DNA of 64,000 bases, taken from positions 1,236-65,235 of the IMG/VR virus record IMGVR_UViG_3300021956_000013. One strand, written 5' to 3'. Positions within the stretch are counted from its first letter, which is position 1; each line of letters begins with the position of its first letter. The DNA comes from a virus. The position numbers and the translations under genes were made by a program. Below are positions 48,680 through 55,481 of this stretch, in pieces. The notes beneath the pieces are model-generated. The model had not been told where the DNA came from and searched no databases. It was given only the letters and a program-made list of their open reading frames with translations.

Positions 48680-49693
48680 ATGGCTCACGAATTAGAAATC
48701 AACGAAGCAACAGGCGAAGCGTCTTTTGCTTCCCTACGCCAACCTGCTTGGCACAATCTTGGAACTGTGTTTCAGGAAGAAGTATCAACTGCTAAGATGT
48801 TGGAATTAGCAAAACTAGACAATTGGAATGTTCGTCTTGAAGATGTGGTTGTCCCTGCTGGTTTTACTAGCGACAGAAACTACTCATTCGTATCTCGCAC
48901 AAATCCATTCAACGCAGAACAAACAGACATTCTTGGTGTCGTTGGTGAGCGTTATGTTCCACTACAAAATGAAGACTTGTTTTCATTTGGCGATAACTTG
49001 CTAGATGGTGGTGGGCGTTGGGAAACTGCTGGTTCAATCAAGGGTGGCAGACAAGTTTTCGGTTCTATCGCATTAGAGCGTGAAACTGTCCTTGACCCTA
49101 ATGGCGTGTCTGATGTTGTCAAGTCATACCTGCTACTAAACACAAGCCACGATGGAAGTATCGCTATCCAAGCGTCTATTACTCCTGTTCGTGTAGTTTG
49201 TGCTAACACTCTAAACCTTGCTCTATCTTCTCTAAAAGGTAAAAAGGGTATCAAACAAACTTTCAAGATTAGACACACACAAACAGCAGAAGGTAAAATC
49301 GCTGTTGCTCGTGAAGCGTTGGGTCTTGCTAATCACTACTTAGACGAGTTTGATTTACTTGCTAAGGAAATGATTGCTAAGGAAATCACACAGGCTAAGT
49401 TTGATGAGATTGTTCTAAAAGCGTATCCAATGCCAACTAAGGACAGCAAGGGTTCTATGAAGAAGTGGTCAGATAAGATTGACCTTATTCAATCTATCTA
49501 TGTTGGCGATTACAACAACACAATTTCAGGAACTGCTTGGGGTGCTTTGAACGCATTGACAGAACGCCTAGATTGGTATCGCAACTCTCGTGGTTCAAAC
49601 AACGAAAGCATTTACGCAAGTGCTTCTGGTTTTGACCCTGTAATCAACGCAGAGAAAAATCGTTTGATGAACTTGGTTTTGGCAAGCGTATAA
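48680..49693 (+). CDS. DUF932 / TIGR03299 phage-plasmid protein
   Basis: MAHELE...PAWHNLG, GVVGERYVPLQN, ETAGSIKGGRQVF, SHDGS, TPVRVVCANTL, GTAWGALNA. Confidence 0.9.
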   Translation: MAHELEINEATGEASFASLRQPAWHNLGTVFQEEVSTAKMLELAKLDNWNVRLEDVVVPAGFTSDRNYSFVSRTNPFNAEQTDILGVVGERYVPLQNEDLFSFGDNLLDGGGRWETAGSIKGGRQVFGSIALERETVLDPNGVSDVVKSYLLLNTSHDGSIAIQASITPVRVVCANTLNLALSSLKGKKGIKQTFKIRHTQTAEGKIAVAREALGLANHYLDEFDLLAKEMIAKEITQAKFDEIVLKAYPMPTKDSKGSMKKWSDKIDLIQSIYVGDYNNTISGTAWGALNALTERLDWYRNSRGSNNESIYASASGFDPVINAEKNRLMNLVLASV

Positions 49694-49699
49694 TCTCGC

Positions 49700-49727
49700 A
49701 GACCTGAGCAAGTCTAAAAACTGCTTA
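49700..49727 (+). ncRNA. H-type pseudoknot motif
   Basis: AGAC-c-TGAGCA-a-GTCT-aaaaac-TGCTTA, 6 nt after stop. Confidence 0.55.
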
Positions 49728-49862
49728 CCAATTTCTCACTTGACAAAGTGCGAAATTTGGGTCGGCAATTTCTAACTAGTTAATCATTTATGTTGATTAC
49801 GAAATGGTTAAGATTTCCCTAAAACTATTGCATTTGTCAGTGGTCATCTGTATAATTGACTT

Positions 49863-50171
49863 ATGAATGAAAACGAAACTATTATCCTTACCCCTGTTTA
49901 TGACGAAGACAACGCACCTTACATCTACCCTGACGCAGATGACTTACAATCCTATCAAAGATTACAGTTTATCGTGTGGGGGCTAGAAAGCCTAGAAAAG
50001 CAACTATGGAACTCTGCTGAACGAGGCTGGCACGACACCAGTGGTCCCGAATTCCAATCATTCCTAAAGATGATTAGGGGTATCTACAACGAGAAGACTG
50101 ATAGCCTTACTAAGTATAACTTTGTAATCCTAGAAGACGAGATGTTAGAGCAAGCATCACAGATGTTCTAA
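49863..50171 (+). CDS. Leaderless hypothetical protein
   Basis: ATG about 6 nt after TATAAT; stop abuts next motif. Confidence 0.7.
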   Translation: MNENETIILTPVYDEDNAPYIYPDADDLQSYQRLQFIVWGLESLEKQLWNSAERGWHDTSGPEFQSFLKMIRGIYNEKTDSLTKYNFVILEDEMLEQASQMF

Positions 50172-50220
50172 TGTCAGTGGTATCCCCTATAATAAGAACC
50201 TAACAGAAAGAGAAAACCCT

Positions 50221-50457
50221 ATGAGAAAATACTATGTAGAAATCCAAGTAAATTACTGTGGAGAGATTGAAGCAAATAGCGAAGCAGAAGCAGAGCAGTT
50301 GGCTTGGTCTTCCTACTATGGTGATAACGCTACTCTTGAATACGACAGCGTTGAAGACATTAGAGTAGAAGAATTGCCACATTGCGAAGATTGCGACAAT
50401 CCAGAAGACGAATGTGAATGCGAAGATGAAGAAGAAGTAGAAGAAGATAATGAGTGA
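50221..50457 (+). CDS. DpnD/PcfM-like very acidic protein
   Basis: YYVEIQVNYCGEIEANSEAEAEQLA; CEDCDNPEDECECEDEEE tail. Confidence 0.7.
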   Translation: MRKYYVEIQVNYCGEIEANSEAEAEQLAWSSYYGDNATLEYDSVEDIRVEELPHCEDCDNPEDECECEDEEEVEEDNE

Positions 50458-50782
50458 TTGTGAATGCGACAAAGTAGAGTGTCCAAAACACGAAGGTAGT
50501 TTTGACTGCCACTCGTTTTGTGAAATCTGCGAAGGTAATCAAGATTACTGCCCTACCCACGATGAATGGGAAGCAACAAAAGCCAAAGCCTATTTAGAAG
50601 AGAAAGAAGTAGATGTGAATAAAACTATGCTTGAAGAACACAAAGAAGAACTAGCAATACTAGAAAACGAACTACACACAAAGTCATTGAGCAAGTATGC
50701 GATTGCGTGTATTGAAGGTCGCATTAGCGATTTGGATAGTATGATTGCTCAGGACGAATACTGGGAGAAAAAGAATGCTTGA
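50450..50782 (+). CDS. Cys-rich acidic protein
   Basis: CPKHEGSFDCHSFCEICEG. Confidence 0.7.
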   Translation: MSDCECDKVECPKHEGSFDCHSFCEICEGNQDYCPTHDEWEATKAKAYLEEKEVDVNKTMLEEHKEELAILENELHTKSLSKYAIACIEGRISDLDSMIAQDEYWEKKNA

Positions 50783-51047
50783 ACTAACTGACGAACACTA
50801 CGAAACTAAGAGAATGGTTTCAGCAACAATTACATACCTGATTGATGTCAATAAAGATAACATCTTCATCAGCGAAGTAGAAGACTTTGATACCGAAGAC
50901 GGAACCGAAGAAGACTACGAAGAGTTGAAGCGAACTGACGAAGAGTTGGAGCGTTCAGCAATCAACGAATTAGCAGAAATCATTTATAATTCTGTCAAGT
51001 ATAATGACCTAACTGAGATGATTAGTGTGGAGTTCCATAATGTCTGA
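50775..51047 (+). CDS. Acidic hypothetical protein
   Basis: Start re-called at MLELTD. Confidence 0.65.
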   Translation: MLELTDEHYETKRMVSATITYLIDVNKDNIFISEVEDFDTEDGTEEDYEELKRTDEELERSAINELAEIIYNSVKYNDLTEMISVEFHNV

Positions 51048-51219
51048 GATGACTGATAAAGAAATCGTCCTGTCTATGATTGATGGCTTCAAGAAAGTCA
51101 AGGGTATAAATCAAATGCCTACTCTAGAAGTATTGAAACTAATAGAGATGAGACTAACAAGGTCAGATGAACTGGATGAGTTTGTTAGAATTGGTAAAGA
51201 AGTTTTGGCTGACATATAG
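51040..51219 (+). CDS. Hypothetical protein
   Basis: GGAG RBS, overlap coupling. Confidence 0.6.
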   Translation: MSEMTDKEIVLSMIDGFKKVKGINQMPTLEVLKLIEMRLTRSDELDEFVRIGKEVLADI

Positions 51220-51462
51220 GGATAATGGGGACCAGGGTGGTTGGAGCAATCTGACTGCCCTGGTTTTGTGCCGACCAACTTTACATAATAATATAACTAA
51301 ACATCAAACATCATTACGATATCATAACAATTTTCCCAAAACATTATGTAAACTAATAGTCAGCCTGGTTGATTACGAAATGGTAACATTTTCCCCGAAA
51401 TGCTTGTATGTTCGCTGCATTTGCTGTATCATAGATATATAACGAGAGAAAGAGCAAACCCT

Positions 51463-52011
51463 ATGCATACAATGCAATATGTAGCGACACTAGTAGAACT
51501 AGATGAGCCTACTGATTTAGATGAAGTAAGAGCAATTGCTAAAGCCCAAGTAGGTGACTGGCTAAATGAATGGTCTGATGAGAATGGCTTTGTTGGTGGC
51601 TGGTCTGATTGGTCTATGGTTGGTGGTAGGTGGGATGAAGTTCCTGTTCTAGTATATACTGATGAGAATGCTTGTGAGTTTTTAGAAGCATTAGATATGG
51701 TAGATTTATCACAAAGGTCAATCTTCAATGAATACCTTGCTGAGTTTGATTATCCTACTATTCATACACTAATGACCAAGTATGGTGCAGGTGAAGAAGT
51801 AAATAACAAAGACATCTATGAAGCCAATGTATATAGTTTGTATCAGGCATTGAGAATACTAAAAGGCTATTGGTCTTATGATAGTAAGTTCTTTGATTCA
51901 ATCAACGATACCCCCCAAACATCGTATCTAAGAAAAAACTTGCTAGAGACTATTGACAATCCAGACCCTTTGGTGCTATACTGTTTAGTACCAGTAGATT
52001 TCCATTTCTAA
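51463..52011 (+). CDS. Acidic hypothetical protein
   Basis: WSDWSMVGGRW...VPVDFHF. Confidence 0.75.
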   Translation: MHTMQYVATLVELDEPTDLDEVRAIAKAQVGDWLNEWSDENGFVGGWSDWSMVGGRWDEVPVLVYTDENACEFLEALDMVDLSQRSIFNEYLAEFDYPTIHTLMTKYGAGEEVNNKDIYEANVYSLYQALRILKGYWSYDSKFFDSINDTPQTSYLRKNLLETIDNPDPLVLYCLVPVDFHF

Positions 52012-52028
52012 GAGAGAGAGTAAACCCT

Positions 52029-52211
52029 ATGGAAAAAGTAACAGCAAAAATCCGTTTCTGGTATTCTACCGAAGTTGATATTGAAGTAGAAGACCCTAAC
52101 GATGAAGATGAAATCCAAAGTAAAGCAGAAGACTACGCAGGTGAATTTGCTGTGTGGGATGGTAACAAGTCTTGGCGTACTGACTTTGATGACTGTGAGA
52201 TTGAGTTCTAA
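52029..52211 (+). CDS. DpnD/PcfM-like acidic protein
   Basis: TEVDIEVEDPNDEDEIQSKAEDYA. Confidence 0.6.
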   Translation: MEKVTAKIRFWYSTEVDIEVEDPNDEDEIQSKAEDYAGEFAVWDGNKSWRTDFDDCEIEF

Positions 52212-52573
52212 TGAGTGAAATGACCTATGAAGAGTGGGAAGTCAAATATAAACCTATCCCTAATCATATAACTGGTGAGTGTTGCTCTTTTGAGACATAT
52301 GGTGATGAACTTGCCTTTGTATGCTCACAAGACCCTAATACTATCTGGACTGAAATGGATGGCGATAACGGTGTCTATCTTGTTAGTGGCTATCACTATG
52401 TAAATCGTATTCAATACTACATTACTGAAATACCATGGCAGGAAGACGATGACATCTGTATTACCATTTGTGAGTTTGTCACATGCTCCTGCTATAATGA
52501 AGAAACAGATGAAGCAAATGAGAATTGCGACCAATGTGGTGGCGATGGAACCTATACAGATTGGAACTACTAA
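52211..52573 (+). CDS. Acidic protein with C-terminal zinc ribbon
   Basis: FETYGDELAFV...GYHYVNRIQYYITEIPW; CDQCGGDG. Confidence 0.75.
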   Translation: MSEMTYEEWEVKYKPIPNHITGECCSFETYGDELAFVCSQDPNTIWTEMDGDNGVYLVSGYHYVNRIQYYITEIPWQEDDDICITICEFVTCSCYNEETDEANENCDQCGGDGTYTDWNY

Positions 52574-52740
52574 TGGAAGATAAGATTAATAAGTATAACA
52601 ACAACCCTGATTATGATGCAGGATACCAAGAAGGCTGGGAGAATGCAATCAACTATGTGCTTGACATTTCACAGCAAATGCGGTATACTGATGCTTTCAA
52701 AGGACCTACACTAGAAGAATTGGAGCAAAGAATAGTATGA
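52573..52740 (+). CDS. Hypothetical protein
   Basis: YDAGYQEGWENA; TAATG coupling. Confidence 0.65.
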   Translation: MEDKINKYNNNPDYDAGYQEGWENAINYVLDISQQMRYTDAFKGPTLEELEQRIV

Positions 52741-53144
52741 TTTTATGGGACCTGAACGTTTGGTATAAAGAAGACGTTGTAAATGATGAAGTAGTAGTAG
52801 AAGATACAATCACTATTAATCCTGCTATATATATTGCAGATGATATTGATGACGTGTATGGTGGTGTTCGAAAAGTCTATACAGGAATCCTTTATAAGAC
52901 TAATAGTGAAGAGACTGCAAAGATTCGTGAGCATCGCAGTGAGATTGAATATGGCACTGACTGGTTTGACTTTGCGGACGAACTGTATACATTAGATATC
53001 AGTCAGGGTATCCAGGGATTCATTGACTCACTAGGAGACCCTACTACCATCCCTATCCATGACGTAGATGATTTGTATCACATTGATAGTATTAATAAAC
53101 TTGATGGGTTGAGAACACTCCCTGTCAACAGTCAGAGCAGTTAG
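52737..53144 (+). CDS. Acidic hypothetical protein
   Basis: ATGA overlap, 135 aa. Confidence 0.7.
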   Translation: MILWDLNVWYKEDVVNDEVVVEDTITINPAIYIADDIDDVYGGVRKVYTGILYKTNSEETAKIREHRSEIEYGTDWFDFADELYTLDISQGIQGFIDSLGDPTTIPIHDVDDLYHIDSINKLDGLRTLPVNSQSS

Positions 53145-53235
53145 GGGTTTCTGTGTCTGACTACCGTGGGGAAGCATAGGTAATTGCTACTTGTGCTTCC
53201 CCTATATTTTTGGTATAATAGAATATTGGAGTAAT

Positions 53236-53430
53236 ATGAGAAGAAAAGTAATAACCAACGAAGAAAAAGCAGTAATCAAACTAACAAACATATTAGCAGA
53301 CCTACGACTAAATCTAGAAGATGTGGGTTATCATCTTGCTTTTACAAGTGATTTGATGTATAATAGATTACAAGTTATTTATGAAACAGCAACAGCAGAA
53401 AAGGAAAATCGCAATGGCAACAACATTTGA
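53236..53430 (+). CDS. Leaderless hypothetical protein
   Basis: TGGTATAAT promoter upstream; ADLRLNLEDVGYHL. Confidence 0.65.
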   Translation: MRRKVITNEEKAVIKLTNILADLRLNLEDVGYHLAFTSDLMYNRLQVIYETATAEKENRNGNNI

Positions 53431-53674
53431 GAACAAAGCATTTATTCTATCTACACTTTGGATGGAGTATCGCAATGACCAAAACTTCCAAGACTTTATT
53501 GAATACAATGACTTAGGCTTGCCATTAGCGTATGCCTTAGATAGTGGTATGATTGATAAGAACGATAAGATTGTTCCACTAATTGACGAAGCATTTGACC
53601 TATTGCTAAATGGTTTAGATTTAGAAGACACTGGCTTTGATGACCTAGACGAATTGCTTTCAAAAGAAAACTAA
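53414..53674 (+). CDS. Acidic hypothetical protein
   Basis: ILSTLWMEYRND...NDLGLPLAY. Confidence 0.75.
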   Translation: MATTFENKAFILSTLWMEYRNDQNFQDFIEYNDLGLPLAYALDSGMIDKNDKIVPLIDEAFDLLLNGLDLEDTGFDDLDELLSKEN

Positions 53675-53744
53675 TGCAGGATTGCCCTTGACAAAGGGGC
53701 TATCTTGTGCCGACCAAAGTTACCAAATTGTAATAAAACTCCTA

Positions 53745-53773
53745 TTGACAAATCGGGATTACGATGGTATAAT
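53745..53773 (+). promoter_or_regulatory. Consensus promoter facing a non-coding region
   Basis: TTGACA-17-TATAAT with no downstream plus-strand ORF. Confidence 0.7.
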
Positions 53774-54015
53774 ATTTTTCCCCAAAATCCATATATATCA
53801 AACAAATCTATTTGACATTACGAACATATAAAAAAATCCCCTATATCACATATCAGGCTATTTGTCAAGAGGTATTTGTACTATAGGTAATATTGCTTAT
53901 TCTTTACGATACCCCCGAAGGGGCTGGCAGAGCCAGGGTATTACGAAGTGTCTTGATTCCCCCTAGTATAAGTATAAACACATAGGCATATACAGGTATT
54001 ACGAACCTATATAAT

Positions 54016-54359
54016 TTATCCACATTTTTATACATATAATGTTTATTTATTTAATATTTGATATATTTTTATAACAATTTGATAAAAAACCTTGACAAAT
54101 TGGCATATTTATGATAGGGGCTATTTGATGTTTAGATATGGGTATTTGGCAAAATGATTACGAGGATTATTAATGATTTGCTCTATTACCCATATAAATA
54201 TTCTCCACTTTGCTCCACTATCATATCAAATATATTCAGTAAGATTTATCTGTGGATAACCCTGTGGATAACTTGTGTATAACTATGTTATTTCTGTGGA
54301 TAAATTGTTACTTTTGATGGTGAAATCAAGGGTATTTTGACAGGTAATCCTGTGGATAA
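54016..54359. promoter_or_regulatory. DnaA-box cluster / candidate replication origin
   Basis: TTATCCACA at 54016; TGTGGATAA at 54251, 54263, 54295, 54351; TGTGTATAA at 54274; AT-rich tract about 54025-54090. Confidence 0.65.
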
Positions 54360-54587
54360 CTGTTCTGTCCTATACTCTATATCTCTATTTATTTCAATAG
54401 TGTTTGTCTTATCTTCGTCATCAGGAATATCGGGGGTATCCAATCTACTCCTTTTGTGGATATGTCTGTGTGCTTCCATAAAGGATTCTGTATGGTCTAA
54501 AACAAAGTCTTCAAAGAACTCTGTATCACACATATCACAATATAGTGTTCTTCCATACTGTGTTCTTACTAGGGTTAATATTTGCAT
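54288..54587 (-). CDS. C2H2-like zinc-finger protein
   Basis: YCDMCD...AHRHIH; start re-called at MQILTL. Confidence 0.55.
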   Translation of the reverse strand: MQILTLVRTQYGRTLYCDMCDTEFFEDFVLDHTESFMEAHRHIHKRSRLDTPDIPDDEDKTNTIEINRDIEYRTEQLSTGLPVKIPLISPSKVTIYPQK

Positions 54588-54594
54588 TCTTTTC

Positions 54595-54807
54595 TTATGC
54601 CCTCGGATATTTACGTCTAAATGCATCTGACTTTATATCAACAGTAGGTATCCCTGCATTCTTTGATAAAGCAAATCCACCTATTGATTTCTTTGTTTGA
54701 TAGGAGAACGCTATCCCCCATAGCCAGACTTTCAGGACAAAAGGCTTATGCTTTCTTGTTCCTGGCGTTAGTTTCTTATACTTGAATGTGTGTATGTGTT
54801 TCTTCAT
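54595..54807 (-). CDS. Basic hypothetical protein
   Basis: 70 aa, K/R-rich. Confidence 0.55.
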   Translation of the reverse strand: MKKHIHTFKYKKLTPGTRKHKPFVLKVWLWGIAFSYQTKKSIGGFALSKNAGIPTVDIKSDAFRRKYPRA

Positions 54808-54854
54808 AGGTTATTCTTTCTATTAGGTTTAATTTATACTAGGTATTATGAAGG

Positions 54855-55082
54855 TTATTCTTTATTCCCCGAATTTTCTACTTCCAAGTTGATAATCTTG
54901 ATGATGTTATCTCTTAGGAAGTTTTCCCAGAGTTCTTTAAGTTCCCCTGCCTGTAATGGAATCTCAAATCTGGTAGTTGTTCTTTTTAGTTCATTAATTA
55001 TGCGTTCACGCTCAAATTGAATACCTTTCTCATAGTCAGGTAACTCATGCAAGTCTGCATCTATTTCTGCTAATCTGCCCAT
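54855..55082 (-). CDS. Small protein (GxxxERxRI family)
   Basis: YEKGIQFERERIINEL. Confidence 0.65.
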   Translation of the reverse strand: MGRLAEIDADLHELPDYEKGIQFERERIINELKRTTTRFEIPLQAGELKELWENFLRDNIIKIINLEVENSGNKE

Positions 55083-55312
55083 CCAACTAACTCCTTCTCT
55101 GGTTCATGCTTCTTAATTGCTTCAACAATATCTTTACGAGTATAAGGGTCTTCTTTAAGCCAATCAACATCTTTGATAAACTTATCAACCTTATCTACAA
55201 TCTGGTTTTTTTGTTCAATCATACCTGCTTCATATCCATGCTCCCAACCCATATCATACCCCTTTTGGATTAGACGAACACGCCACTTAAATAATCTAAT
55301 AAACTTATTCAT
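55070..55312 (-). CDS. Small protein (GxxxERxRI-like)
   Basis: GYDMGWEHGYEAGMIEQKNQIV. Confidence 0.7.
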   Translation of the reverse strand: MNKFIRLFKWRVRLIQKGYDMGWEHGYEAGMIEQKNQIVDKVDKFIKDVDWLKEDPYTRKDIVEAIKKHEPEKELVGWAD

Positions 55313-55481
55313 GTAATTCTCCATCTAGAAGAGCAATAAATTCAGAAATTGCATTGTATCTACCCAATGAATAATTATCACCATCAGAAACTTCTGTCTC
55401 CAACTTCATACCAAACTCACCCAAAAGATTTCTAATGCGTTTACGTTCTGCAACTTGTCCCTTTATGTAGTCTAGTTCCAT
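55305..55481 (-). CDS. Small protein (GxxxERxRI family), 58 aa
   Basis: YIKGQVAERKRIRNLL; coupled to both neighbours; below ORF-track cutoff. Confidence 0.6.
   Translation of the reverse strand: MELDYIKGQVAERKRIRNLLGEFGMKLETEVSDGDNYSLGRYNAISEFIALLDGELHE

Larger units (their letters stand above)
36273..50193 (+). repeat. 30 dispersed copies of promoter motif TGTCAG(T/G)GGT-N6-TANNNT
   Basis: Starts at 36273,36508,36710,37251,37476,38302,38668,38843,39153,39313,39952,40159,40354,41022,41183,41476,41723,41926,42621,43455,43660,43844,44072,44386,45141,45671,46239,46834,49835,50172; all plus strand, invariant 6-nt gap to a -10 hexamer. Confidence 0.9.
37141..53715. repeat. 16 copies of GCCGACC directly after hairpins
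   Basis: Forward: 37141,38249,38617,39074,39882,40985,41656,45080,46189,48557,51270,53709; reverse (GGTCGGC): 42557,43649,47353,49759. Confidence 0.85.

Noticed and set aside
46153-49727. Hammerhead or pistol ribozyme identity for the pseudoknot motif
   Set aside because: CUGAGCA is not the CUGANGA core, and the GAAA/stem III and pistol P2/P3 elements are missing
36273-50193. CRISPR array interpretation of the repeated motif
   Set aside because: Repeats are only 10-12 nt, spacing varies from about 160 nt to kilobases, the spacers are ORFs with RBSs, and no cas genes are present
36273-50193. Classical integron with attC sites
   Set aside because: No long imperfect palindromes with RYYYAAC/GTTRRRY ends and no tyrosine integrase in the window; the cassettes carry their own promoters
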